Assembly: GCA_016865855.1 (NCBI GenBank)
Contig: VGNX01000005.1
Span: forward strand, 165-64,164
Direction: 5' to 3'
DNA from: Chloroflexota bacterium
Lineage (GTDB): Bacteria; Chloroflexota; Dehalococcoidia; GIF9; UBA5629
DNA length: 64,000 nt
Of the stretch, positions 7,864-18,795 are shown piece after piece; within the stretch, counting starts at the first letter, position 1; every line of letters starts with the position of its first letter. The notes beneath the pieces were generated by a model that saw only the letters and a list, made by a program, of their open reading frames with translations, was not told the origin of the DNA and searched no databases. Both the position numbers and the translations under genes were made by a program.

Positions 7864-9095
7864 ACCTCTGGGAAAGCATTATCAGTTCATGGCAAGTCCT
7901 ACACACTAACAAGATGCGGTCTAGCCTGACCATACTTGGCATCGTAATCGGCGTCAGTGCCGTCGTCTTCCTGGTGTCCTTCGGCAGAGGGCATGAAGCC
8001 AACATTACTGGCATCTTTGAGAGCATGGGCGCTAACGCCATCTACATCACCAGCGCAACAAGCATGACGCAAGGAATTTCTGGAGCCACAGCCAGTATCA
8101 CTCTCGAAGATGCCGAGGCTCTAGCTAATCCCAACCGTGCCCCATCTGTAGCCTTGGTTGCCCCCATGACTGAAAAACTGGCCAAGGTCGTCTATGGCAA
8201 TGAAAATGCTACCGTTAACATCATGGGTGCCACTCCCGACATTGCACAAATCATTAGCTACCCCGTAGCTGAAGGGGAGTTCATTTCTGAGCAGGATGTC
8301 AAGAGAGGAGCCAGAGTCGCCGTACTTGGGAGCAAGACAGCCACGGACCTTTTCGGCACTGAAGACCCTATAGGTAAAACCATCAGGGTAAGCGGCACCC
8401 AGTTCGAGGTTATCGGTGTCCTCGAAAAGAAAGGCGGCTTCATAGGCTCCGCAGATGATTTCGTCCTCATCCCCCTGACCACAATGCAGTCGAGACTCCT
8501 GGGAGAGACATCTGCTAGGGGGCGGCCCATCCAGACTATCGCTGTCAAAGCAGTGAGCACCGACCAAATAGATGCCGCCAAAGAGGAGGTTACCTCTATC
8601 CTGCGGCAGCGCCATAACATCAGAGAAGGAAAAGATGACGATTTTACCATCATCGATATGCAAGAAATACTCAGCAGTATGCGTGAGGTGCTCGGCATAA
8701 TGCAGGTATTCCTGGGCAGTGTTGGAGCTATTTCCCTCCTTGTCGGTGGCATCGGCATCATGAACATAATGCTGGTCTCAGTGACTGAACGCACACGGGA
8801 AATCGGCATCCGAAAAGCCGTGGGTGCCAAACGCCGGGATATTCTACGTCAGTTCCTGGTTGAGGCCTCAATGCTTAGTCTGACTGGTGGGATAATCGGC
8901 CTTACTATAGCTGCGCTGGGAACCTGGGCGATTACTGGCGTACAACTTGGACCGTACCCCGTCAAAGCCCCAATGTCACCTGACATCGTAATTATTGCCA
9001 TCTCAGTGGCAGTCTTTGTAGGGCTAGCTTCTGGCATTTACCCCGCCTACAGAGCTGCTGGACTTGACCCAATTGAATCACTACGCCATGAATAA
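7860..9095 (+). CDS. ABC transporter permease (MacB/FtsX type)
   Basis: RS.LT.LGIVIGV, GGIGIMNIMLVSVTERTREIGIRKAVGA, YPA.RAA.LDPIESLR.E. Confidence 0.92.
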   Translation: MNLWESIISSWQVLHTNKMRSSLTILGIVIGVSAVVFLVSFGRGHEANITGIFESMGANAIYITSATSMTQGISGATASITLEDAEALANPNRAPSVALVAPMTEKLAKVVYGNENATVNIMGATPDIAQIISYPVAEGEFISEQDVKRGARVAVLGSKTATDLFGTEDPIGKTIRVSGTQFEVIGVLEKKGGFIGSADDFVLIPLTTMQSRLLGETSARGRPIQTIAVKAVSTDQIDAAKEEVTSILRQRHNIREGKDDDFTIIDMQEILSSMREVLGIMQVFLGSVGAISLLVGGIGIMNIMLVSVTERTREIGIRKAVGAKRRDILRQFLVEASMLSLTGGIIGLTIAALGTWAITGVQLGPYPVKAPMSPDIVIIAISVAVFVGLASGIYPAYRAAGLDPIESLRHE

Positions 9096-9105
9096 CGCTA
9101 ACAAG

Positions 9106-9186
9106 ACAATCGAGAACTTTCGATTGTTAACGTGAACAAAGGTGGGGAGGACTGAAACTCCCGTTTAAAAACAGAGTTTTAAACGG
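9106..9186. terminator. Two hairpins between convergent genes
   Basis: ACAATCGA..TCGATTGT (9106-9127) and CCGTTTAAAA..TTTTAAACGG (9161-9186). Confidence 0.45.
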
Positions 9187-9196
9187 CTTAATAGCG

Positions 9197-9763
9197 CTAC
9201 TTGCCTTGAACTAAAGACAGAAACTCAGCGCGCGTTGCCGCCCGAGTCCGAAAAAGCCCTCTAGTTGCCGAAGTGAGAACATTGCTTCCCGGCTTCTTGA
9301 TGCCACGCATTGTCATACACAAATGCTCTGCTTGAATGATCACAGCAACACCATCTGGCTGCACAGCCTCAAGAATAGCATCAGCAATCTGTGACGTCAT
9401 CCTCTCCTGTAGCTGAGGACGCTTGGCGAATATCTCTACCACTCGCGCCAACTTGCTCACCCCAACAACTCGCCCCTCTTTATTAGGAATATAACCGACA
9501 TGAGCCACACCATAAAACGGCAGGAGATGATGCTCACACATAGAGTGAAAGGGAATATCCTTCAAAATCACCATTTCACGATGCCCCACTTCAAAACCTA
9601 CAGTTAATTCTGCTTTGGCATCCATATCCAACCCGGAAAAAACCTCAGCATACATCTCAGCAATCCGCTGCGGTGTGCCCTGCAGCCCTTCCCTTCGAGG
9701 GTCATCGCCGATAGCTTCGATTATAGCCAATACCGCTGTTTCAATCTTAGATAGGTCAACCAC
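9197..9763 (-). CDS. folE: GTP cyclohydrolase I
   Basis: [42 protein letters not shown]. Confidence 0.96.
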   Translation of the reverse strand: MVDLSKIETAVLAIIEAIGDDPRREGLQGTPQRIAEMYAEVFSGLDMDAKAELTVGFEVGHREMVILKDIPFHSMCEHHLLPFYGVAHVGYIPNKEGRVVGVSKLARVVEIFAKRPQLQERMTSQIADAILEAVQPDGVAVIIQAEHLCMTMRGIKKPGSNVLTSATRGLFRTRAATRAEFLSLVQGK

Positions 9764-9815
9764 TGCTGCCTCCTCTTTTGTTACTATCCGCTAGCGTCTT
9801 CTATAGGTATCACGG

Positions 9816-10868
9816 TCAAGCCCAACCTAAAGTTCGTTCAACTATCCTTACGTCGGCAGGCAACTCCGGGAATGGTTCAACAAACTTTGCCGGGAGGCTG
9901 GGGTCTTTTAGCCCGGTGCCAGTAATAATGCAGACCACCTTTTTACCTGAAAGCTTCAGCCCTTGCCCAGCCATCTTAATGAGACCAGCCACAGAAGCTG
10001 CTGAGGCTGGCTCGCCGAAAACCCCTTCCTTCCTTGCCAAAAGCTTATAGGCAGCCAGAATCTCGTCATCGCTGACGCAGTCAATGACCCCACCTGATTG
10101 ATCCCGAGCAGCTACTGCCCCTTGCCAGCTAGCCGGATTACCAATTCGAATCGCCGTAGCCAAGGTTTTTGGCCTCTTGACAATTTTGCCCTTAACTATA
10201 GGCGCTGCCCCTTCGGCTTGAAAACCCATCATCTTAGGGGTTCGGCTTGCCTTGCCCGCCTGCTTATATTCGACAAAGCCCTTCCAATAGGCGGTGATAT
10301 TTCCGGCATTGCCCACTGGGATAAAAAAGTAATCAGGCGCATCACCCAAATCGTCTACAATCTCAAAAGCTGCCGTCTTCTGACCTTCAATTCGGTACGG
10401 ATTCAGCGAATTAACCAGCGTAACTGGGTGCTTTTGAACTAGGCTGCGAACTATTTGGAGAGCCTGGTCGAAATTGCCCTGTATAGCGATGATTTTAGCC
10501 CCGTAAGCAATAGCCTGAGCTAACTTCCCTAAAGCAATCTTGCCTTTTGGTACAATAACGACAACATCAAGACCAAATCTAGCTCCATAAGCAGCGGCTG
10601 AAGCGCTGGTATTCCCAGTAGAAGCGCAAATCACACAGCGACTGCCATCTTCCACTGCCTTGGCTATGGCTACAACCATGCCCCGGTCTTTAAAAGAGCC
10701 ACTGGGATTACAGCCCTCAAGCTTAAAATAAAGCTCACCGCAGCCAAGCTCCTTCTCTAAGGCAACGGACTTGACCAGAGGAGTATCTCCCTCACCCAGC
10801 GTTATCAGAGGAGTAGCCGGGGTAATCGGTAGAAAATCACGGTATCTGATTAGAACACCCCGTCCCAT
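9816..10868 (-). CDS. thrC: Threonine synthase
   Basis: PLP lysine motif [43 protein letters not shown]. Confidence 0.95.
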   Translation of the reverse strand: MGRGVLIRYRDFLPITPATPLITLGEGDTPLVKSVALEKELGCGELYFKLEGCNPSGSFKDRGMVVAIAKAVEDGSRCVICASTGNTSASAAAYGARFGLDVVVIVPKGKIALGKLAQAIAYGAKIIAIQGNFDQALQIVRSLVQKHPVTLVNSLNPYRIEGQKTAAFEIVDDLGDAPDYFFIPVGNAGNITAYWKGFVEYKQAGKASRTPKMMGFQAEGAAPIVKGKIVKRPKTLATAIRIGNPASWQGAVAARDQSGGVIDCVSDDEILAAYKLLARKEGVFGEPASAASVAGLIKMAGQGLKLSGKKVVCIITGTGLKDPSLPAKFVEPFPELPADVRIVERTLGWA

Positions 10869-10876
10869 TTTCTTTC

Positions 10877-12175
10877 CTAAGCCTCTACCCGAACAAAATT
10901 AGTGATTTCCTTGACTACAGCCAAACGCTCGGTTTTCTTAAGGGCCTGCTGGACTGCCTGCTCTTTAGCTGGATGAGTCATTATCACAATCTCAGCAATC
11001 TGAGTAGATGGGTCGGTCTCTTTCTGAATTACCGAGGAAATACTAATGGCGTGGTCACCCAATATTTTAGAGATTTGCGCCAAAACGCCTGCTTGGTCAG
11101 CAACGCTCATTCTCATATAATATCGAGTCTCTATCTCAGCCATAGGTTTAACAGTCCGTCCGCTTGCAAAAGGTAACCTTGGAATATCAGTCGTTCCACG
11201 GTTGATATTTTGAGCTATCTTGATAATATCGGAAACGACTGCACTTGAAGTTGCTCTGGGGCCAGCTCCCTCACCATAGAAGATAACCTTCCCCACCAGG
11301 TCGCCTTCCACATGAATGGCGTTGTAAACGCCATCTACCTTAGCCAGCAGAGAATCCTCGGGGATAAATACAGGATGAACACGAGCTTCAATAGAATCCC
11401 CAGATCGTTTGGCAATAGCCAGAAGCTTTATGGCATAACCCAATTCCCGAGCATAGCGAAAATCACGAGCCTGGAGCCGTGAAATCCCCTCATGGTAAAC
11501 ATTCTCTGACCTAACTTCAGTGCCGAAAGCAATGGTTGTCAGGATAGCTAGCTTATAGGCAGCATCAACTCCTTCTATATCCTTGGCTGGATCAGCTTCA
11601 GCATAGCCTAACTCCTGAGCCTTTTTCAAAGCCACAGAAAAATCCAGCCCTTCCTTAGCCATTCGAGTCAAAATATAATTAGTTGTTCCATTAACAATTG
11701 CATAAATAGCTGAAATATCATTAGCCACCAGGTCTTCCTGAAACGGAGCAATTAGAGGTATACCACCGCCAACACTAGCCTCATAGCGAAGAGCCACTTG
11801 ATGGTCTCGAGCTACAGTCAGAAGCTCGCTCCAGTGTTTGGACATAACCTCTTTATTAGCAGTAACAACATGCTTGCCGCGAGTTAGAGCCTCTCTTATA
11901 TATTCGAAGGCAGGATGTTCACCACCGATAAGCTCCACAACTATATCTACCTCAGGATGGCTCGCTAGCTCCTCAAACTGAGTAGCAAAAATACGATGCT
12001 CAATTCCCAATGAGCCGTGCTTAGCTGAGTCTTTCTCTAACACCTTCTTTATGACCAGTTTGCTGCCTGCTTCTCTAGTCAAAGTATCCATTTTGCCCAT
12101 CAAGACCTTGGCCACGCCACCACCGATTACTCCCAAGCCCATCAAGCCGATACCAATGCTCTTCCTAGCCACCAT
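10877..12175 (-). CDS. hom: Homoserine dehydrogenase with C-terminal ACT domain
   Basis: [54 protein letters not shown]. Confidence 0.95.
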   Translation of the reverse strand: MVARKSIGIGLMGLGVIGGGVAKVLMGKMDTLTREAGSKLVIKKVLEKDSAKHGSLGIEHRIFATQFEELASHPEVDIVVELIGGEHPAFEYIREALTRGKHVVTANKEVMSKHWSELLTVARDHQVALRYEASVGGGIPLIAPFQEDLVANDISAIYAIVNGTTNYILTRMAKEGLDFSVALKKAQELGYAEADPAKDIEGVDAAYKLAILTTIAFGTEVRSENVYHEGISRLQARDFRYARELGYAIKLLAIAKRSGDSIEARVHPVFIPEDSLLAKVDGVYNAIHVEGDLVGKVIFYGEGAGPRATSSAVVSDIIKIAQNINRGTTDIPRLPFASGRTVKPMAEIETRYYMRMSVADQAGVLAQISKILGDHAISISSVIQKETDPSTQIAEIVIMTHPAKEQAVQQALKKTERLAVVKEITNFVRVEA

Positions 12176-12180
12176 AACGA

Positions 12181-13452
12181 TTACCCCCTGTTCTTAAGAA
12201 CTCGAGCCACTGCCCAGGACTTTTGCTCTTCAGTCAAATACGTTTCTATCGAGTTCTTTTCGCTCTGCTCACTAAGCAAGTCTTCAAAAAGTTTCAATTT
12301 CAGCGCATTCCTAGTCTCATCCTCGAACGCCCGATTGTCATCTCTATCTACGACCTTGACCAGCCAATAACCTCCCTTAGTTCGAACAGAGTCATCAGCT
12401 GCTGGTTGGCTCACAACACCTGGTTCAAGCTGCAGAGCAAGTCCCAGAGCAACCCTGCTACTGATTCCACCTTGTTGACTCCAACCCAAATCTCCCCCCT
12501 GCTCCTTACTCGCTGAATGCTGGGAATATTCCTTAGCCAAAGTGCCAAAATCCTCACCAGCTTCCATCCTAGCTCTTATCTCTTCTGCCTCCCGTCGACT
12601 CCCTAACAGAATTCCTCTAGCATGACTACCCTTTTTCTCGTCCTTCTCAATCACTTCCACCAGCCAGTACCCTATTCCTTTGGTGACTGACCCATCATAA
12701 CTCGGCTCGCTGAGCACTCCTGGCTCAAGGTTAAAAGGAATGTCTTTAAGTAATGAATCTCCTAAATCTCCCAGAAACACATAAGCAAAATCTTTAGGCA
12801 GCCAGCCTAAATCGCCGCCTTTCTCCTTAGTTGTTGCTTCCAGAGAGTATTCCTTCGCCAGAGCAGCAAAATCATCTCCAGCTTTCAGCCTATCTGTGAC
12901 TGTCTTAGCTACCTCGTTGCTTTCCAAAAACATTGCTTGAACCTGCACCTGTTCACACTCAGTCGGCACTTTCGGGTCAAAGTAGCTTTGAAGTAGTCTA
13001 GCTGCCAGCAATCTAGAACTAATTGTGTCCCTGTACACCTTATCATAAGGGAGACCCAGACTTTTAAGCTCACTATTTACTTCATCTGCACTCACACCAA
13101 AACCGAGGCCTGCAGATACCTTCCTTATTACCTCACCAGATTCGATGACTTTAATAAGCTCATCTGCCATAGCTGAGGTCGCAGTAGAATCCTTCCCTCG
13201 ACTATAAAGTTCGAGCAACTTTATGTAATAATCCATATCAAAGACAGTACCATTTATTTTCACCACAGGCTGATGGAGCGGTTTAACTTGCTCATCGTAA
13301 TATCCATAGCCAATATACCCCACAATCAAAGCAAAAAAGAGGATTCCAACAATGACTATGATACGCTGGATACGTTGCTGGCGCTGCCACTTAGATAACT
13401 GGCGCTTAGTAGGTGGCCGTTTCAATTCGGTTCTCTTCTGCTTCTTAGCCAA
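12181..13452 (-). CDS. Membrane-anchored peptidylprolyl isomerase with two parvulin domains (PrsA/SurA-like)
   Basis: N-terminal TM helix; two copies of F..LAKEYS.....KE.GGDLGW. Confidence 0.85.
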   Translation of the reverse strand: MAKKQKRTELKRPPTKRQLSKWQRQQRIQRIIVIVGILFFALIVGYIGYGYYDEQVKPLHQPVVKINGTVFDMDYYIKLLELYSRGKDSTATSAMADELIKVIESGEVIRKVSAGLGFGVSADEVNSELKSLGLPYDKVYRDTISSRLLAARLLQSYFDPKVPTECEQVQVQAMFLESNEVAKTVTDRLKAGDDFAALAKEYSLEATTKEKGGDLGWLPKDFAYVFLGDLGDSLLKDIPFNLEPGVLSEPSYDGSVTKGIGYWLVEVIEKDEKKGSHARGILLGSRREAEEIRARMEAGEDFGTLAKEYSQHSASKEQGGDLGWSQQGGISSRVALGLALQLEPGVVSQPAADDSVRTKGGYWLVKVVDRDDNRAFEDETRNALKLKLFEDLLSEQSEKNSIETYLTEEQKSWAVARVLKNRG

Positions 13453-13547
13453 AGTCCACGTCCCTTTCTTAGCTAAATGTAACTTGAGCGGAATTCACAT
13501 TGTCTGAATTAGCCACTTATGATAACATATTGCCCAAGGCAAAGCCA

Positions 13548-13621
13548 CGGGGTGTAGCGCAGCCTGGTAGCGCACCTGAATGGGGTTCAGGTGGTCGCCG
13601 GTTCAAATCCGGCCACCCCGA
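13548..13621 (+). tRNA. tRNA-Pro (anticodon GGG), CCA not encoded
   Basis: CGGGGTG acceptor stem pairs with CACCCCG; D arm GCGCAGCCTGGTAGCGC; anticodon arm CCTGA-ATGGGGT-TCAGG; T arm GCCGGTTCAAATCCGGC. Confidence 0.96.
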
Positions 13622-13769
13622 TACCTACTTGTCCAACATTAACTCTGGCGCACCAAGCAGTTTAAAAAATCCCGGATACCACTTAAAAGCAACGCTATCG
13701 TTTTCAGAAGACATGCCCTGGGCTGTAACAATGGCCAACTGAGTGATACAAGAGGACTAAGTCACTTCA

Positions 13770-14270
13770 TTACCGCAACTTAAATGATGAGATTATTGTA
13801 GAGAAAGGATAAGATTCATACCCAGCCTTGTCCGCTGCTGTGTCTACTTTGTAAAGGTGTGTCTCCGTCTGCTTGAAGTAGGCCTCTCCACGGAAGGTTT
13901 CATAGTAGTCCGTCTCATACTCGTAGAAAAGATACCAGTCCCAAAAGCCCTCCATCGGTCTATCTTCAAGTTTTATCACTTCACCCCAAGCTGTTCCCAG
14001 GGAAATAAGCCAGCGCTGGGCAGCTTCTCTAGCTGTCATGCCTTCTACGACATCTATCATGACTGAACCTCTGCGGGTCGGAGACGTTATGAGGCATTTT
14101 GTCCCGTCTTCAGACACCTCGACCTTCCAGGTGTATGGATAGTTGATGGTATACCGCCCAGCTTCATTGGTATATGTTGTGTAACCCGTCTTACCACAAG
14201 CAACAAAAGGGCTAAACAGCAAGACAATAAGCCCTAGAATCAGAAACCAAAACCTTTTGTAGTTTATCAC
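13770..14270 (-). CDS. Lipoprotein with a PsbP/DcrB-like domain
   Basis: GTG start after GAGGAGG; lipobox FVAC; Y.N....Y.I.YP..W start and terminal IISSFKL typical of the PsbP-like fold. Confidence 0.6.
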   Translation of the reverse strand: MINYKRFWFLILGLIVLLFSPFVACGKTGYTTYTNEAGRYTINYPYTWKVEVSEDGTKCLITSPTRRGSVMIDVVEGMTAREAAQRWLISLGTAWGEVIKLEDRPMEGFWDWYLFYEYETDYYETFRGEAYFKQTETHLYKVDTAADKAGYESYPFSTIISSFKLR

Positions 14271-14392
14271 TTGAGCCTCCTCATAAGGTGATTGCAAAAT
14301 TTGCGTCGTAGTCATCCCCGCCGCAGAGCAAAGTGGAAATATCTACTCAGAAAATCAACATACCGTTATGCCTCTCGTGCTAATAGGCTCCA

Positions 14393-14408
14393 AGAATTAT
14401 ATAATTCT
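14393..14408. promoter_or_regulatory. 16-bp perfect palindrome AGAATTATATAATTCT, candidate operator
   Basis: Lies just upstream of the AAGGAGG RBS of the enoyl-CoA hydratase pseudogene. Confidence 0.4.
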
Positions 14409-14433
14409 CTAATTAAATCAAAGGAGGCCACAG

Positions 14434-15234
14434 ATGTCAACCGTCCTATATTAGAAGAAAGGACACATCGCCTATGTAACCATCAATCGCCCCAAATTGA
14501 TGAATTGTATCAATTCCGAGACATGGATGGCAATGAACGAGATATGGCAAGATTTCAAAAAAAACCGAGCTCTATGTTGCCATATGAACCGGTGCTGGAA
14601 ACAAACCATCTTGCGCTGGTTGGGATCTCAAAGAGATGCTGAATGACCCTGCCTCCGTTCCATGGAAAACGATAGAGGAATCCAGAGAGCTTGCCTGGAA
14701 TGGGCCCGGATTCGACGGTATCACCATGGGTATGGAATTTTGGAAGCCAATCATCGCTGCCATCAACGGCTACTGTATTGCCGGCGGCAATGAAATCGCA
14801 CTGCCTGTGATATCAGGATCGCCGCAGAACACGCTGAATTCGGCCACCAAGAGGTACGCTGGTGCATGATGCCCGGAGACGGCGGCTGCCAGAGATTACC
14901 CCGGGTGGTTGGCTTAGGCAGAGCATTGGAGCTAATTCTCACCGGACAGAGAATCAGCGCCCAAGAGGCTTACCGCATAGGGCTGGTAAACAAGGTGGTG
15001 CCGGCTGAACGACTTATGTCTGAAGCCACTAAAGTAGCGGAGACAATTTGCCAACGTTCCCAACTCGCAGTGCAAGCCTGTAAAGAAGCTATCACCCGAG
15101 GCATCGGGACACCTCTGAGAGAAGGGCTAGCTTATGAGAACCTGCTGCTCCAGCAGCTGTTTACTACCGAGGACCGCTTAGAAGGCTCTAGAGCATCCGC
15201 CGAGAAGAGGGCACCACTCTGGAAAAACCGATGA
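14434..15234 (+). pseudogene. Enoyl-CoA hydratase/isomerase pseudogene
   Basis: RBS AAGGAGG then MSTVLY*KKGHIAYVTINRP; later ELYVAI*TGAG..CAGWDLKE, KPIIAAINGYCIAGGNEIAL, frameshift to CDIRIAAEHAEFG, then QRLPRVVG..RALELILTG; two stops and two frameshifts. Confidence 0.85.
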
Positions 15235-15295
15235 AAAGTGGGATACTGTGCTGCACAGGTCTAATATTTAACATCGGGAGCGTCTGGGCACCTTC

Positions 15296-15772
15296 TCACA
15301 TCAGTATAAAGTGCTGAATATCATGCATAGTTCCTGTTCGCTTCTTCCTGAATACTGCCTTTACCCTCATTCCAATAGCTATTTTCTTCTCATCAGTCTC
15401 ATCAAGCCAATGCATCAAGCAAGTGTCTGCTCCATCTAGTCTGACATACACATCGGTATAAGGTACATTCACTGGCTTTCCATTGCTAGGATTAATGTAA
15501 GGTAGCTTTACTATGGTAAACATCTCAATCACACCCTCAGGTCCTACTTTTACCCATTCCTCCATCTTGGCAAAACAAGGCCCACATACCTCCCTTGGCG
15601 GGACATAAACTGTACCACAAGATGGACACTTGGTGGCATATATTTTCTTCTCATCCCGCAGCCCGCGGAAAAACCTGCTCCAGTAAGGGCCACAATGCCA
15701 ATTATATGGTATCTCAGCTTCCCCGGAATCAATCTTAATAAGCTCAGTCATTTCACCACCTGTTTTTGCCAT
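15296..15772 (-). CDS. Zn-ribbon/OB-fold DUF35 protein
   Basis: KCPSCG.VYVPPR.VC..C and an OB-fold ending IGMRVKAVF....TG...DI..F. Confidence 0.88.
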   Translation of the reverse strand: MAKTGGEMTELIKIDSGEAEIPYNWHCGPYWSRFFRGLRDEKKIYATKCPSCGTVYVPPREVCGPCFAKMEEWVKVGPEGVIEMFTIVKLPYINPSNGKPVNVPYTDVYVRLDGADTCLMHWLDETDEKKIAIGMRVKAVFRKKRTGTMHDIQHFILM

Positions 15773-15782
15773 ATCTCCTCCC

Positions 15783-16940
15783 TTATGGTTTGGTATCTCT
15801 TAATATGGTTACATCAGACCAACTACAAGAGCCGAAAGCAGTGGCTAGAGCTGTCTTTACGTTAGGAACCTGTCTATCACCAGCCTTCCCCATAACCTGA
15901 AGAGCTGCCTCCCCGACCCTAATCATAGCCGTAGCCCCAATGGGATTGGTCGCAAGCGGTCCTCCAGACGGATTTATCGGAAGCTCTCCGTCCATATTGA
16001 AAACTCCCTTCCGTATCAGATTTGGTGCTTCACCCCGACCACACACCCAAAGAGATTCCATCCACTTAACTCCTGTTGTAGAAGCTGGTAAGTAAAGCTC
16101 CATGACATCAATCTCTTTCAGAGGGTTGGTGATGCCGGCTCTCTTGTAAGCCCTTTCTGAAGCTCTCTCTAAGGTGAACATCTCCTCCCTTTGAAACGGT
16201 TCGCCCATATATACAAAATCGCGACTACCGGCTATAGCATGTACCCAGGCCGGTTTAGGAGCAATCTTTTCCGCCTTCCCCTCACATGCATAGATAAGAG
16301 CGCAGGCGCCGTCTGACCTGGGGCACATATCCAGCAGTTTAATAGGATAACATAACATCGGGGATTTCATTACATCTTCTACGGTAATTTTCATTCGTAG
16401 ATGTGCATAAGGGTTGTTTAGGGCGTTATTGTGGTCTCTAACAGATACCAGAGCAGCATCTTCTTCTGTGGCGCCGAATCGTTTCATGTAATTGGTATAT
16501 TCCGCTGCTAGAGGTCCGATAGCTCCGGCAAAAAAATCTCTCTCTATTAGTGGTTGGCAACAAGTAGTGATAGCTGCTGTAGTATCAGACTCAGAATTCC
16601 TTTCCCACCCAATAGCTAAAACTACGTCAAAAAACCCCGAAGCAATATGATAATAGCCCGCAGTTGCTATAGTCATACCACTGGTGCCCCCTGTGGTCAG
16701 CTTCATGATTGGCTTCATAAAGGCACCTGACCCATCCACACTCCACCCATCTACATAATTGATTGCCTCAAAGTGGTCCATGTTGCCAATAACAATAGCA
16801 TCAATATCCTTTATGGTAAGGTTGGCATCTTCAAGAGCACTCATTACAGCTTCATTTATCAGCTCCTGACCGTTAACATCGTCCCTTTTGGCGCAATGAT
16901 GAGTCTGCCCTATGCCTACAATAGCTGTCCTTCTCGCCAT
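15783..16940 (-). CDS. SCP-x-type thiolase-fold protein, Ltp3-like putative aldolase subunit
   Basis: AI.GIGQT....KR.DV, LAIGWE..SES, NPYAHLR, CP.SDGACA, NPSGG.L..NPIGATA.IR..EAA.Q; no nucleophilic Cys (LTTGGTSG). Confidence 0.75.
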   Translation of the reverse strand: MARRTAIVGIGQTHHCAKRDDVNGQELINEAVMSALEDANLTIKDIDAIVIGNMDHFEAINYVDGWSVDGSGAFMKPIMKLTTGGTSGMTIATAGYYHIASGFFDVVLAIGWERNSESDTTAAITTCCQPLIERDFFAGAIGPLAAEYTNYMKRFGATEEDAALVSVRDHNNALNNPYAHLRMKITVEDVMKSPMLCYPIKLLDMCPRSDGACALIYACEGKAEKIAPKPAWVHAIAGSRDFVYMGEPFQREEMFTLERASERAYKRAGITNPLKEIDVMELYLPASTTGVKWMESLWVCGRGEAPNLIRKGVFNMDGELPINPSGGPLATNPIGATAMIRVGEAALQVMGKAGDRQVPNVKTALATAFGSCSWSDVTILRDTKP

Positions 16941-16956
16941 TTTTATGCCTCCCTGC

Positions 16957-18096
16957 TTACTTTTCGCTAGCTAATATCCATACACAATGTTGCTGAGCAC
17001 ATACACCATTAATCCCGTGGGCTAAGGCAACTTTTGCCCCGGGAACCTGTCGCTTTCCAGCTTCTCCCCTCAGTTGAAGCGCCGCTTCAGCAATTCTTGC
17101 CAGACCAGCAACAAGAACACTATGCGCTGATAGAACTCCACCAGAAGGATTCACAGGAAGTTCACCTCCCATTTGGGTCTTGCCGCTTTCGATCAGCTTA
17201 CCTCCATCTCCCTTGCCACAAAATCCCAGAGCCTCATACCACATCAATTCCATATAAGAAAAAGCGTCATAGACCTCGGCGATATCTATCTCATGCGAGG
17301 GATTAGCGATACCCGCCATTTGATAAGCTTTTCGCGCCGCGCTCTCTAAAGCTGTGGAGTATGTTAAGTCTCTCTCCCCAAGCCGATAAGCATCGGTGCA
17401 ATGTGCCACCCCTTTGACCCAGATAGGCTTCTTCGCCCATTTCTTAGCCTCCCCTTCAACAGCAAAGATAACAGCACAAGCACCGTCAGTAATAGGCGAT
17501 GTGTCTAAAAGCTTGATAGGGTCTGCCAATTTAGGTGACTTCATGACATCTTCCACGGTAATGTCTAGAGGCAATTGAGTATACGGGTTGTTCCTGGCGT
17601 TCTTATGATTCTTGACCGAAACAAGGGCACACTGCTCCTCGGTAATCCCGAACCTTTTCATATATGCTCTTGCCTGCAGTGCTGAGGAAGAAATAGCATC
17701 AAGCCCTAAAGAACGCTCATAAATTGGGTCAAAAGCCGCATTAGAAATAATCCTCGGGTTCCCCTCTGAGACCTTAGAATGAGCTACCACCAGGGTGGTA
17801 TTATATCCAGATAGGACACGCATAAGACCATAGAAAGCTCCGAAAGCTCCATCACACTCCACAGTAGATGCATCTTTGCCATGACATCCCGCAGCATCTG
17901 CGACTGCCATGCAAGAAATGGTTCGCCCGTCCCAAAAATCATTGGAAATGGTCACCACATTGTCAATATCCTTTATCTTCATTCCTGCGTCATCAAGTGC
18001 CCTACTGGTAGCTTCATAGACTAATTCAGCAAAGATACCATCTTTCTCTTTTTCATATTTCGTCTGTCCGATTCCAATTATAGCTGCTCGTTCCAT
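16957..18096 (-). CDS. SCP-x-type thiolase-fold protein, Ltp4-like putative aldolase subunit
   Basis: SNDFWDGRTIS and VE.DGAFGAFY Ltp4-type segments; AEVYDAFSY; NPSGG.L......AGL.RI.EAA. Confidence 0.75.
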   Translation of the reverse strand: MERAAIIGIGQTKYEKEKDGIFAELVYEATSRALDDAGMKIKDIDNVVTISNDFWDGRTISCMAVADAAGCHGKDASTVECDGAFGAFYGLMRVLSGYNTTLVVAHSKVSEGNPRIISNAAFDPIYERSLGLDAISSSALQARAYMKRFGITEEQCALVSVKNHKNARNNPYTQLPLDITVEDVMKSPKLADPIKLLDTSPITDGACAVIFAVEGEAKKWAKKPIWVKGVAHCTDAYRLGERDLTYSTALESAARKAYQMAGIANPSHEIDIAEVYDAFSYMELMWYEALGFCGKGDGGKLIESGKTQMGGELPVNPSGGVLSAHSVLVAGLARIAEAALQLRGEAGKRQVPGAKVALAHGINGVCAQQHCVWILASEK

Positions 18097-18107
18097 TTGC
18101 TTGCCCC

Positions 18108-18593
18108 CTAAACTGGTTTGAAATACTTGATATCCAGATAGTTTCCTTTCCTCTCTTCCCTGAATACCGCCTTCATTCTTAGCCCTTCTTTCAGTTGCGT
18201 TAAATCTGCTTCCCCAATAAGGTGAACCATTCCAGTATCAGCCCCTTTTAGCTTGATGATACCGTAAGCCAAAGGTGTCTCCACAGGATGTATAGCAGGC
18301 TCACTATAACGCACAATCGTGAAAGTCTCCAATATACCCTCATCGCCTAACTCTACCCACTCACTCATCTGGGCTAAGCACTGGTGACAAAGTTTCTTGG
18401 GAGGTACAAAGACCGTCTTGCATTCAGGACAGCGGATCCCATAGATCCTCTTCTCATCTCGCAGGCCAATAAGGAACCTGCTTGCTATCTTGCCCGCTGC
18501 CCAAGTGTAAGGAACCTTAATCCTCCCCTTCTGAATCAACATACCTTCTTTCTCAATAACCTCAAAAAGTACCTCTGGTTTCCCTTCCGGCAT
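18108..18593 (-). CDS. Zn-ribbon/OB-fold DUF35 protein
   Basis: RCPEC..VFVPP...C..C; YG.IKL.GADT...H; AVF.EER.G...DIKYF. Confidence 0.88.
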   Translation of the reverse strand: MPEGKPEVLFEVIEKEGMLIQKGRIKVPYTWAAGKIASRFLIGLRDEKRIYGIRCPECKTVFVPPKKLCHQCLAQMSEWVELGDEGILETFTIVRYSEPAIHPVETPLAYGIIKLKGADTGMVHLIGEADLTQLKEGLRMKAVFREERKGNYLDIKYFKPV

Positions 18594-18702
18594 CTTAACC
18601 CCCTATCTCATATTTGCATTTGGCGCTTGGCCATCAAATGCATTAGCATGCAAAGCTCATTTACTCCGAGCCTGCTTAACGAACTGCCTTAGCCAAGAAA
18701 GC

Positions 18703-18731
18703 ATTCTATCTACCTCCATTCTATTTGTCAA
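18703..18731 (-). promoter_or_regulatory. sigma70 promoter for the DUF35-ltp4-ltp3-DUF35 operon
   Basis: Minus strand TTGACA-17 bp-TAGAAT. Confidence 0.6.
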
Positions 18732-18765
18732 ATTGGTGGTGTGCGGTGTCAAATCGACATACGTG

Positions 18766-18795
18766 TTGACAATCCTTAGGAAAGTAGAGTATATT
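18766..18795 (+). promoter_or_regulatory. Divergent sigma70 promoter for the carboxylase operon
   Basis: TTGACA-18 bp-TATATT. Confidence 0.45.

Noticed and set aside
8121-8830. Long antisense ORFs (also 45646..46242, 47645..48187 and similar)
   Set aside because: Shadows of well-supported genes on the opposite strand, with no recognisable motifs or RBS
13500-13742. 80-aa ORF on the + strand
   Set aside because: Overlaps the tRNA gene entirely; spurious
13548-13770. tRNA-Pro as an integration site of a genomic island
   Set aside because: No integrase and no duplicated tRNA 3' end seen in the window; only a change in gene content
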